Positions 1-15,000 of a stretch of 64,000 nt of DNA are shown piece after piece (position 1 is the stretch's first letter; every line of letters starts with the position of its first letter). The notes below the pieces were generated by a model. That model made no database searches. It was not told the DNA's origin and saw nothing but the letters and a program-made list of their open reading frames with translations. Location: assembly GCA_964016885.1 (NCBI GenBank), contig OZ024741.1, positions 1,674,001 through 1,738,000 on the forward strand, read 5' to 3'. Source of the DNA: Eledone cirrhosa (taxonomy: Eukaryota). A program made the translations under genes and the position numbers.

Positions 1-3000
1 GCCATATATAGCTACCAGAACAATGGCTGCCATATACAGCTACCAGAACAATGGCTGCCATATACAGCTACCAGAACACTGGTTGCCACATACTGCTATT
101 AGAACACTGGCTGCCATATACGGCTACCAGAACACTGGCTGCCATATACAGCTACCAGAACAATGGCTGCCATATACAGCTACCAGAACACTGGCTGCCA
201 TGTACAGCTACCAGAACACTGGCTGCCATATACAGCTACAAGAACAGTGGCTGCCATATACAGCTACCAGAACACTGTTAGCCATATAGAGCTACCAGAA
301 CAATGGCTGCCTTATACAGCTACCAGAACACTGTCTGCCATATACAGCTACCAGAACACTGGCTGCAATATACCGCTACCAGAACAATGGCTGCCATATA
401 CAGCTACCAGAACACTGGCTGCCATATACAGCTACCAGAACAATGGCTGCCATATACAGCTACCAGAATACTGGCTGCCATATACAGCTACCAGAACACT
501 GGCTGCCATATACAGCTACCAGAACACTGGCTGCCATATACAGCTACCAGAACAATGGCTGCCATATACAGCTACCAGAACACTCTTTGCAATATACAGC
601 TACCAGAACAATAGCTGCCATATACAGCTTCCAGAATACTGTCTGCCATATACAGCTACCAGAACACTGGCTGCCATATACAGCTACCAGAACACTGGCT
701 GCCATATACAGCTACCAGAACACTGGCTGCCATATACAGCTGCCAGAACACTGGCTGCCATATACAGGTACCAGAACAATGGCTGCCATATACAGTTACC
801 AGAACACTGGCCGCCATATACAGCTACCAGAACACTGGCTGCCATATACCGCTACCAGAACACTGGCTGCCATATACAGCTACCAGAACACTGGCTGCCA
901 TATACAGCTACCAGAACATTGGCTGCCATATACATCTACTAGAACACTGGCTGCCATATACAGCTACCAGAACACTGGCTGCCATATACAGCTACAAGAA
1001 CACTGGCTGCCATATACAGCTAACAGAACAATGGCTGCCATATACAGCTACCAGAACATTCTTTGCCATATACAGCTACCAGTACAATAGCTGCCATATA
1101 CAGCTACCAGAATACTGTCTGCCATATACAGCTACCAGAACACTGGCTGCCATATACAGCTACCAGAACACTGGCTGCCATATACAGCTACAAGAACACT
1201 GGCTGCCATATACAGCTACCAGAACAATGGCTGCCATATACAGCTACCAGAACACTGGCTGCCATATACAGCTACCAGAACAATGGCTGCCATATACAGC
1301 TACCATGGCTGCCATATACAGCTACCAGAAAAATGACTGCCATATACAGTTACCAGAACACTGGATGCCATATACAGTTACCAGAACAAAGGCTGCCATA
1401 TACAGCTACCACAACACTGGCTGCCATGTACAGCTACTAGAACAATGGCTGCCATATACAGCTACCACAACACTGGCTGCCATATACAGCTACCAGAATA
1501 CTGGCTGCCATATACAGCTACCAGAACACTGGCTGCCATATACAGCTACCAGAACAGTGGCTGCCATATACAGCTACCAGAACACTGTTTGCCATATACA
1601 GCTATCAGAACACTGGCTGCCATATACAGCTATCAGAACAATGGCTGCCATATACAGCTACCAGAACACTGGCTGCCATATACAGCTACAAGAACACTGG
1701 CTGCCATATACAGCTACCAGGACACTGGCTGCCATATACAGCTACCAGAACACTGGCTGCCATATACAGCTACCAGAACAATGGCTGGCATATACAGTTA
1801 CCAGAACAATGGCTGCCATATACAGCTACCAGAACACTGGCTGCCATATACCGCTACCAGAACACTGGCTGCCATATACAGCTATCAGAACACTGGCTGC
1901 CATATACAGCTAACAGAACACTGGCTGCCACATACAGCTACCAGGACACTGGCTGCCATATACAGCTACCAGAACACTGGCTGCCATATACAGCTACCAG
2001 AACAGTGGCTGCCATATACAGCTACCAGAACACTGTTAGCCATATAGAGCTACCAGAACAATGGCTGCCTTATACAGCTACCAGAACACTGTCTGCCATA
2101 TACAGCTACCAGAACACTGGCTGCCATATACAGCTACCAGAACAATGGCTGCCATATACAGCTACCAGAACACTGGCTGCCATATACAGCTACCAGAACA
2201 ATGGCTGCCATATACAGCTACCAGAATACTGGCTGCCATATACAGCTACCAGAACACTGGCTGCCATATACAGCTACCAGAACAATGGCTGCCATATACA
2301 GCTACCAGAACAATGGCTGCCATATACAGTTACCAGAACAGTGGCTGCCATATACAGGTATCAGAACACTGTTAGCCATATAGAGCTACCAGAACAATGG
2401 CTGCCATATACAGCTACCAGAACACTGGCTGCCATATACAGCTACCAGAACACTGGTTGCCACATACAGCTATTAGAACACTGGCTGCCATATACGGCTA
2501 CCAGAACACTGGCTGCCATATACATCTAGAAGAACAATGGCTGCCATATACAGGTACCAGAACAATGGCTGCCATATACAGTTACCAGAACACTGGCTGC
2601 CATATACAGCTACAAGTACACTGGCTGCCATATAGAGCTACCAGAACACTGGCTGCCATATACAGCTACCAGATCAATGGCTGCCATATACAGCTACCAG
2701 AACAATGGTTGCCATATACAGCTACCAGAACACTGGCTGCCATATACAGCTACCAGAACACTGTTTGCCATATACAGCTATCAGAACAATGGCTGCCATA
2801 TACAGCTACCAGAACACTGGCTGCCATATACAGCTACCAGAACACTGGCTACCATATACAGCTACAAGAATACTGGCTGCCATATACAGCTACCAGAACA
2901 ATGGCTGGCATATACAGTTACCAGAACAATGGCTGCCATATACAGCTACCAGAACACTGGCTGCCATATACCTCTACCAGAACACTGGCTGCCATATACA

Positions 3001-6000
3001 GCTACCAGAACACTGGCTGCCATATACAGCTACCAGAACACTGGCTGCCATATACAGCTACCAGAACACTGGCTGCCATATACAGCTACCAGAACACTGG
3101 CTGCCATATACATCTAGAAGAACAATGGCTGCCATATACAGCTACCAGAACAAGACCTGCCATATACAGCTATCAGAACACTGGCTGCCATATACAGCTA
3201 CCAGAACACTGGCTGCCATATACAGCTACCTGAACACTGGCTGCCATATACAATTACCAGAACACTGGCTGCCATATACAGCTAACAGAACAATGGCTGC
3301 CATATACAGCCACCAGAACACTGGCTGCCATATACAGCTAACAGAACAATGGCTGCTATATACAGCTACCAGAAGAATGGCTGCCATATACAGCTACCAG
3401 AACAATGGCTGCCATACACAGCTACCAGTACACTGGCTGCCATATACAGCTACCAGAACACTGGCTGCCATATACATCTACCAGAACAATGGCTGCCATA
3501 TACAGCTACCATGGCTGCCATATACAGCTACCAGAAAAATGACTGCCATATACAGCTACCAGAACACTGGATGCCATATACAGTTACCAGAACAAAGGCT
3601 GCCATATACAGCTACCAGAACACTGGCTGCCATGTACAGCTACTAGAACAATGGCTGCCATATACAGCTACCACAACACTGGCTGCCATATACAGCTACC
3701 AGAACACTCTTTGCCATATACAGCTACCAGAACAATGGCTGCCATATACAGCTACCAGAATACTGGTTTCCATATACAGCTACCAGAACACTGGCTGCCA
3801 TATACAGCTACCAGAACACTGGCTGCCATATACAGCTACCAGAACACTGTTTGCCATATACAGCTATCAGAACACTGGCTGCCATATACAACTATCAGAA
3901 CAATGGCTGCCATATACAGCTACCAGAACTCTGGCTGCCATATACATCTACAAGAACACTGGCTGCCATATACAGCTACCAGGACACTGGCTGCCATATA
4001 CAGCTACCAGAACACTGGGTGCCATATACAGCTACCAGAACAATGGCTGGCATATACAGTTACCAGAAAAATGGCTGCCATATACAGCTACCAGAACAAT
4101 GGCTGCCATATACCGCTACCAGAACACTGGCTGCCATATACAGCTACCAGAACACTGGCTGCCTTATACAGCTACCAGAACACTGGCTGCCATATACAGC
4201 TACCAGAACACTGGCTGCCATATACAGCTACCAGAACACTGGCTGCCATATACAGCTACCAGAACAGTGGCTGCCATATACAGCTACCAGAACACTGTTA
4301 GCCATATACAGCTACCAGAACAATGGCTGCCTTATACAGCTACCAGAACACTGTCTGCCATATACAGCTACCAGAACACTGGCTGCCATATACAGCTACC
4401 AGAACAGTGGCTGCCATATACAGATACCAGAACACTGGCTGCCATATACAGCTACCAGAACAATGGCTGCCATATACAGCTACCAGAATACTGGCTGCCA
4501 TATACAGTTACCAGAACACTAGCTGCCATATACAGCTACCAGAACACTGGCTGCCATATACAGCTACCAGAACACTGGCTGCCATATACAGCTACCAGAA
4601 CAATGGCTGCCATATACAGCTACCAGAACAATGGCTGCCATATACAGTTACCAGAACAATGGCTGCCATATACAGCTACCAGAACACTGTTTGCCATATA
4701 CAGCTACCAGAACAATGGCTGGCATATACAGTTACCAGAACACTGGCTGCCATATACAGCTACCAGAACACTGGCTGCCATATACAGCTACCAGAACACT
4801 GGCTGCCATATACAGCTACCAGAACACTGGCTGCCATATACAGCTACCATAACACTGGCTGCCATATACAGCTACCAGAACACTGGCTGCCATATACAGC
4901 TACCAGAACAGTGGCTGCCATATACAGCTACCAGAACACTGTTAGCCATATAGAGCTACCAGAACAATGGCTGCCTTATACAGCTACCAGAACACTGTCT
5001 GCCATATACAGCTACCAGAACACTGGCTGCCATATACAGCTACCAGAACAATGGCTGCCATATACAGCTACCAGAACACTGGCTGCCATATACAGCTACC
5101 AGAACAATGGCTGCCATATACAGCTACCAGAATACTGGCTGCCATATACAGCTACCAGAACACTAGCTGCCATATACAGCTACCAGAACACTGGCTGCCA
5201 TATACAGCTACCAGAACACTGGCTGCCATATACAGCTACCAGAACAATGGCTGCCATATACAGCTACCAGAACATTGGCTGCCATATACAGTTACCAGAA
5301 CAATGGCTGCCATATACAGCTACCAGAACACTGTTTGCCATATACAGCTACCAGAACAATGGCTGCCATATACAGCTAACAGAACACTGGCTGCCATATA
5401 CAGCTACCAGAACACTGGCTGCTATATATAGCTACCAGAACACTGGCTGCCATATACAGCTACCAGAACACTGTTTGCCATATACAGCTACCAGAACAAT
5501 GGCTGCCATATACAGCTACCAGAACACTGGCTGCCATATACAGCTACCAGAACACTGGCTGCCACATACAGCTATTAGAACACTGGCTGCCATATACGGC
5601 TACCAGAACACTGGCTGCCATATACAGCTACCAGGACAATGGCTGCCATATACAGCTACCAGAACACTGGCTGCCATATACAGCTACCAGAACACTGGCT
5701 GTCATATACAGCTATTAGAACAATGGCTGCCATATACGGCTACCAGAACACTGGCTGCCATATACAGCTACCAGAACAATGGCTGCCATATACAGCTACC
5801 AGAACACTGGCTGCCATATACAGATACCAGAACACTGTTTGCGATATACAGCTATCAGAACACTGGCTGCCATATACAGCTACCAGAACACTGGCTGCCA
5901 TATACAGCTACCAGAACACTGGCTGCCATATACAGCTACCAGAACACTGGCTGCCATATACAGCTACCAGAACACTGGCTGCCATATACAGCTACAAGTA

Positions 6001-9000
6001 CACTGGCTGCCATATAGAGCTACCAGAACACTGGCTGCCATATACAGCTACCAGAACAATGGCTGCCATATACAGCTATCAGAACAATGGCTGCCATATA
6101 CAGATACCAGAACACTGGCTGCCATATACCGCTACCAGAACACTGGCTGCCATATACAGCTACCAGAACACTGGCTGCCATATACAGCTACCAGAACACT
6201 GGCTGCCATATGCATCTACTAGAACACTGGCTGCCATATACAGCTACCAGAACACTGGCTGCCATATACAGCTACCAGAACACTCGCTGTCATATACAGC
6301 TACCAGAACAATGGCTGCCATATACAGCTACCAGAACACTCTTTGCAATATACAGCTACCAGAACAATAGCTGCCATATACAGCTACCAGAATACTGTCT
6401 GCCATATACAGCTACCAGAACACTGTCTGCCATATACAGCTACCAGAACACTGGCTGCCATATACAGCTACAAGAACACTGGCTGCCATATACAGCTACC
6501 AGAATCCTGGCTGCCATATACAGCTACCAGAACAATGGCTGCCATATACAGCTACCAGAACACTGGCTGCCATATACAGCTACCAGAACAATGGCTGCGA
6601 TATACAGCTACAAGAACACTGGCTGCCATATACAGCTACCAGAACACTGGCTGCCATATACAGCTACCAGAACAATGGCTGCCATATACAGCTACCAGAA
6701 CAATGGCTGCCATATACAGCTACCAGAACACTGGCTGCCATATACAGCTACCAGAACACTGACTGCCATATACAGCTACCAGAACACTGGCTGCCATATA
6801 CATCTACCAGAACAATGGCTGCCATATACAATTACCAGAACACTGGCTGCCATATACAGCTACCAGAACAATGGCTGCCATATACAGCTAACAGAACAAT
6901 GGCTGCCATATACAGCTACCAGAACACTGGCTGCCATATACAGCTATCAGAACAATGGCTGCCATATACATCCACCAGAACACTGGCTGCCATATACAGT
7001 TAACAGAACAATGGCTGCCATATACAGCTACCAGAAGAATGGCTGCCATATACAGCTACCAGAACAATGGCTGCCATATACAGCTACCAGAACAATGGCT
7101 GCCATATACAGCTACCAGAACACTGGATGCCATATACAGCTACAATAACACTGGCTGCCATATACAGCTACCAGAACACTGGCTGCCATATACAGCTACC
7201 AGAACACTGGCTGCCATATACAGCTACCAGAACACTGGCTGCCATATACAGCTACCAGAACACTGGCTGCCATATACAGCTACCAGAACAGTGGCTGCCA
7301 TATACAGCTACCAGAACACTGTTAGCCATATAGAGCTACCAGAACAATGGCTGCCTTATACAGCTACCAGAACACTGTCTGCCATATACAGCTACCAAAA
7401 CACTGGCTGCCATATACAGCTACCAGAACAATGGCTGCCATATACAGCTACCAGAACACTGGCTGCCATATACAGCTACCAGAACAATGGCTGCCATATA
7501 CAGCTACCAGAATACTGACTGCCATATACAGCTACCAGAACACTAGCTGCCATATACAGCTACCAGAACACTGGCTGCCATATACAGCTACCAGAACACT
7601 GGATGCCATATACAGCTACCAGAACAATGGCTGCCATATACAGCTACCAGAACATTGGCTGCCATATACAGTTACCAGAACAATGGCTGCCATATACAGC
7701 TACCAGAACACTGTTTGCCATATACAGCTACCAGAACAATGGCTGCCATATACAGCTACCAGAACACTGGCTGCCATATACAGCTACCAGAACACTGGCT
7801 GCGATATATAGCTACCAGAACACTGGCTGCCATATACAGCTACCAGAACACTGTTTGCCATATACAGCTGCCAGAACAATGGCTGCCATATACGGCTACC
7901 AGAACACAGGCTGCCATATACAGCTACCAGAACACTGTTTGCCATATACAGCTACCAGAACAATGGCTGCCATATACAGCTAGCAGAACACTGGCTGCCA
8001 TATACAGCTACCAGAGCACTGGCTGCCACATACAGCTATTAGAACACTGGCTGCCATATACGGCTACCAGAACACTGGCTGCCATATACAGCTACCTGAA
8101 CAATGGCTGCCCTATACAGCTACCAGAACACTGGCTGCCATATACGGCTACCAGAAGACTGGTTGCCATATACAGCTACCAGAACAATGGCTGCCATATA
8201 CAGCTACCAGAAGACTGGCTGCCATATGCAGCTACCAGAACACTGGCTGCCTTATACAGCTACCAGAACACTGGCTGCCATATGCAGCTACCAGAACACT
8301 GGCTGCCTTATACAGCTACCAGAACACTGGCTGCCATATGCAGCTACAAGAACACTGGCTGCCATATACAGCTACCAGAACACTGGCTGCCATATGCAGC
8401 TACCAGAACACTGGCTGCCTTATACAGCTACCTGAACACTGGCTGCCATATACAGCTACCTGAACACTGGCTGCCATATACAGCTAACAGAACAATGGCT
8501 GCCATATACAGCTACCAGAACAATGGCTGCCATATACAGCTACAAGAACACTGGCTGCCATATACAGCTACCAGAACAATGGCTGCCATATACAGCTACC
8601 AGAACACTAGCTGCCATATGCAGCTACCAGAACAATGGCTGCCATATACAGCTACCTGAACACTGGCTGCCATATGCAGCTACCAGAACACTGGCTGCCT
8701 TATGCAGCTACCAGAACACTGGCTGCCATATGCAGCTACCAGAACACTGGCTGACATATGCAGCTACCAGAACACTGGCTGCCTTATACAGCTACCTGAA
8801 CACTGGCTGCCATATACAGCTACCTGAACACTGGCTGCCATATACAGCTACATGAACATTGGCTGCCATATGCAGCTACCAGAACACTAGCTGCCATATG
8901 CAGCTACCAGAACACTGGCTGCCATATGCAGCTACCAGAACACTGGCTGCCATATACAATTACCAGAACACTAGCTGCCATATACAGCTACCAGAACACT

Positions 9001-12000
9001 GGCTGCCATATACAGCTACCAGAATGCTGGCTGCCATATACAGTTACCAGGACAATGGCTGCCACATACAGCTACCAGAACACTGGCTGCCATATACAGC
9101 TACCAGAAGAATGGCTGTCATATACAGATACCAGAACCCTGGCTGCCATATACAGCTACCAGAACACTGGCTGCCATATACAGCTAGCAGAAAACTGGCT
9201 GCCATATACAGCAACCAGAACAATGGCTGCCATATACAGCTACCACAACAATGGCTGCCATATACAGCTACCACAACACTGGCTGCCATATACAGCTACC
9301 AGAACACTGGCTGCCATATACAGCTACCAAAACACTGGCTGCCATATACAGCTATCAGAACACTGGCTGACATATACAGCTACCAAAACAATGGCTGCCA
9401 TATACATCTACCAGATCAATGGCTGCCATATACAGCTACCAGAACAATGGCTGCCATATACAGCTACCAGGACAATGGCTGCCATATACAACTACCAGAA
9501 CAATGGTTGTCATATACTGCTACCAGAACACTGGCTGCCATATACAGCTCCCAAAACAATGGCTGCCATATACAGCTACCAGAACACTGGCTGCCATATA
9601 CAGCTTCCAGAACACTGTTTGCCATATAAAGCTACCAGAACAATGGCTTCCATATACAGCTACCAGAACAATGGCTGCCATATACAGCTACCAGAACACT
9701 GGCTGCCATATACAGCTACCAGAACACTGTTTGCCATTTACAGCTACCAGAAAAATGGCTGCCATATACAGCTACCAGAACAATGGCTGCCATATACAGC
9801 TACCAGAACACTGGCTGCCATATACAGCTACCAGAACACTGGCGCCATATACAGCTACCAGAACAATGGCAGCCATATACAGCTACCAGAACAATGGCTG
9901 ACATATACAGCTACCAGAACACTGGCTGCCATATACAGCTACCAGAACAATGGCTGCCATATACAGCTACCAGAACAATGGCTGCCATATACAGCTACCA
10001 GAACAATGGCTGCCATATACAGATACCAGAACACTGGCTGCCATATACAGCTACCAGACCACTGGCTGCCATATACAGCTACCAGAACACTGGCTGCAAT
10101 ACACAACTACCAGAACACTGGCTGCCATATAAAGCTACCAGAACAATGGCTGCCATATACAGCTACCAGAACAATAGCTGCCATATACAGTTACCAGAAC
10201 AATGGCTGCCATATACAGCGACCAGAACACTGGCTACCACATACAGCTTCGAGAACAATGGCTCCCATATACAGTTACCAGAACACTGTTTGCCATATAC
10301 AGCTACCAGAACACTGGCTGCCATATACAGCTACCAGAACACTGGCTGCCATATACAGCTACCAGAACACTGGCTGCCATATACATCTACCAGAAGAATG
10401 ACTGCCATATACAGCTACCAGAACACTGGCTGACATATACGGCTACCAAAGTAATGGCTGCCATATACATCTACCAGATCAATGGCTGACATATACAGCT
10501 ACCAGGACAATGGCTGCCATATACAACTACCCGAACAATGGCTGTCATATACAGCTACCAGAACACTGGCTGCCATATACATCTCCCAAAACAATGGCTG
10601 CCATATACAGCTACCAGAACACTGGCTGCAATATACAGCTACCAGAACACTGGCTGCCATATACAGCTACCAGAACAAAGGCTGCCATATACAGCTACCA
10701 GAACAATGGCTGCCATATACAGCTACCAGAACAATGGCTGCCATATACAGTTACCAGAACAGTGGCTGCCATATACAGGTATCAGAACACTGTTAGCCAT
10801 ATAGAGCTACCAGAACAATGGCTGCCATATACAGCTACCAGAACACTGGCTGCCATATACAGCTACCAGAACACTGGTTGCCACATACAGCTATTAGAAC
10901 ACTGGCTGCCATATACGGCTACCAGAACACTGGCTGCCATATACATCTAGAAGAACAATGGCTGCCATATACAGGTACCAGAACAATGGCTGCCATATAC
11001 AGTTACCAGAACACTGGCTGCCATATACAGCTACAAGTACACTGGCTGCCATATAGAGCTACCAGAACACTGGCTGCCATATACAGCTACCAGATCAATG
11101 GCTGCCATATACAGCTACCAGAACAATGGTTGCCATATACAGCTACCAGAACACTGGCTGCCATATACAGCTACCAGAACACTGTTTGCCATATACAGCT
11201 ATCAGAACAATGGCTGCCATATACAGCTACCAGAACACTGGCTGCCATATACAGCTACCAGAACACTGGCTACCATATACAGCTACAAGAATACTGGCTG
11301 CCATATACAGCTACCAGAACAATGGCTGGCATATACAGTTACCAGAACAATGGCTGCCATATACAGCTACCAGAACACTGGCTGCCATATACCGCTACCA
11401 GAACACTGGCTGCCATATACAGCTACCAGAACACTGGCTGCCATATACAGCTACCAGAACACTGGCTGCCATATACAGCTACCAGAACACTGGCTGCCAT
11501 ATACAGCTACCAGAACACTGGCTGCCATATACATCTAGAAGAACAATGGCTGCCATATACAGCTACCAGAACAAGACCTGCCATATACAGCTATCAGAAC
11601 ACTGGCTGCCATATACAGCTACCAGAACACTGGCTGCCATATACAGCTACCTGAACACTGGCTGCCATATACAATTACCAGAACACTGGCTGCCATATAC
11701 AGCTAACAGAACAATGGCTGCCATATACAGCCACCAGAACACTGGCTGCCATATACAGCTAACAGAACAATGGCTGCTATATACAGCTACCAGAAGAATG
11801 GCTGCCATATACAGCTACCAGAACAATGGCTGCCATACACAGCTACCAGTACACTGGCTGCCATATACAGCTACCAGAACACTGGCTGCCATATACATCT
11901 ACCAGAACAATGGCTGCCATATACAGCTACCATGGCTGCCATATACAGCTACCAGAAAAATGACTGCCATATACAGCTACCAGAACACTGGATGCCATAT

Positions 12001-15000
12001 ACAGTTACCAGAACAAAGGCTGCCATATACAGCTACCAGAACACTGGCTGCCATGTACAGCTACTAGAACAATGGCTGCCATATACAGCTACCACAACAC
12101 TGGCTGCCATATACAGCTACCAGAACACTCTTTGCCATATACAGCTACCAGAACAATGGCTGCCATATACAGCTACCAGAATACTGGTTTCCATATACAG
12201 CTACCAGAACACTGGCTGCCATATACAGCTACCAGAACACTGGCTGCCATATACAGCTACCAGAACACTGTTTGCCATATACAGCTATCAGAACACTGGC
12301 TGCCATATACAACTATCAGAACAATGGCTGCCATATACAGCTACCAGAACTCTGGCTGCCATATACAGCTACAAGAACACTGGCTGCCATATACAGCTAC
12401 CAGGACACTGGCTGCCATATACAGCTACCAGAACACTGGGTGCCATATACAGCTACCAGAACAATGGCTGGCATATACAGTTACCAGAAAAATGGCTGCC
12501 ATATACAGCTACCAGAACAATGGCTGCCATATACCGCTACCAGAACACTGGCTGCCATATACAGCTACCAGAACACTGGCTGCCTTATACAGCTACCAGA
12601 ACACTGGCTGCCATATACAGCTACCAGAACACTGGCTGCCATATACAGCTACCAGAACACTGGCTGCCATATACAGCTACCAGAACAGTGGCTGCCATAT
12701 ACAGCTACCAGAACACTGTTAGCCATATACAGCTACCAGAACAATGGCTGCCTTATACAGCTACCAGAACACTGTCTGCCATATACAGCTACCAGAACAC
12801 TGGCTGCCATATACAGCTACCAGAACAGTGGCTGCCATATACAGATACCAGAACACTGGCTGCCATATACAGCTACCAGAACAATGGCTGCCATATACAG
12901 CTACCAGAATACTGGCTGCCATATACAGTTACCAGAACACTAGCTGCCATATACAGCTACCAGAACACTGGCTGCCATATACAGCTACCAGAACACTGGC
13001 TGCCATATACAGCTACCAGAACAATGGCTGCCATATACAGCTACCAGAACAATGGCTGCCATATACAGTTACCAGAACAATGGCTGCCATATACAGCTAC
13101 CAGAACACTGTTTGCCATATACAGCTACCAGAACAATGGCTGGCATATACAGTTACCAGAACACTGGCTGCCATATACAGCTACCAGAACACTGGCTGCC
13201 ATATACAGCTACCAGAACACTGGCTGCCATATACAGCTACCAGAACACTGGCTGCCATATACAGCTACCATAACACTGGCTGCCATATACAGCTACCAGA
13301 ACACTGGCTGCCATATACAGCTACCAGAACAGTGGCTGCCATATACAGCTACCAGAACACTGTTAGCCATATAGAGCTACCAGAACAATGGCTGCCTTAT
13401 ACAGCTACCAGAACACTGTCTGCCATATACAGCTACCAGAACACTGGCTGCCATATACAGCTACCAGAACAATGGCTGCCATATACAGCTACCAGAACAC
13501 TGGCTGCCATATACAGCTACCAGAACAATGGCTGCCATATACAGCTACCAGAATACTGGCTGCCATATACAGCTACCAGAACACTAGCTGCCATATACAG
13601 CTACCAGAACACTGGCTGCCATATACAGCTACCAGAACACTGGCTGCCATATACAGCTACCAGAACAATGGCTGCCATATACAGCTACCAGAACATTGGC
13701 TGCCATATACAGTTACCAGAACAATGGCTGCCATATACAGCTACCAGAACACTGTTTGCCATATACAGCTACCAGAACAATGGCTGCCATATACAGCTAA
13801 CAGAACACTGGCTGCCATATACAGCTACCAGAACACTGGCTGCTATATATAGCTACCAGAACACTGGCTGCCATATACAGCTACCAGAACACTGTTTGCC
13901 ATATACAGCTACCAGAACAATGGCTGCCATATACAGCTACCAGAACACTGGCTGCCATATACAGCTACCAGAACACTGGCTGCCACATACAGCTATTAGA
14001 ACACTGGCTGCCATATACGGCTACCAGAACACTGGCTGCCATATACAGCTACCAGGACAATGGCTGCCATATACAGCTACCAGAACACTGGCTGCCATAT
14101 ACAGCTACCAGAACACTGGCTGTCATATACAGCTATTAGAACAATGGCTGCCATATACGGCTACCAGAACACTGGCTGCCATATACAGCTACCAGAACAA
14201 TGGCTGCCATATACAGCTACCAGAACACTGGCTGCCATATACAGATACCAGAACACTGTTTGCGATATACAGCTATCAGAACACTGGCTGCCATATACAG
14301 CTACCAGAACACTGGCTGCCATATACAGCTACCAGAACACTGGCTGCCATATACAGCTACCAGAACACTGGCTGCCATATACAGCTACCAGAACACTGGC
14401 TGCCATATACAGCTACAAGTACACTGGCTGCCATATAGAGCTACCAGAACACTGGCTGCCATATACAGCTACCAGAACAATGGCTGCCATATACAGCTAT
14501 CAGAACAATGGCTGCCATATACAGATACCAGAACACTGGCTGCCATATACCGCTACCAGAACACTGGCTGCCATATACAGCTACCAGAACACTGGCTGCC
14601 ATATACAGCTACCAGAACACTGGCTGCCATATGCATCTACTAGAACACTGGCTGCCATATACAGCTACCAGAACACTGGCTGCCATATACAGCTACCAGA
14701 ACACTCGCTGTCATATACAGCTACCAGAACAATGGCTGCCATATACAGCTACCAGAACACTCTTTGCAATATACAGCTACCAGAACAATAGCTGCCATAT
14801 ACAGCTACCAGAATACTGTCTGCCATATACAGCTACCAGAACACTGTCTGCCATATACAGCTACAAGAACACTGGCTGCCATATACAGCTACAAGAACAC
14901 TGGCTGCCATATACAGCTACCAGAATCCTGGCTGCCATATACAGCTACCAGAACAATGGCTGCCATATACAGCTACCAGAACACTGGCTGCCATATACAG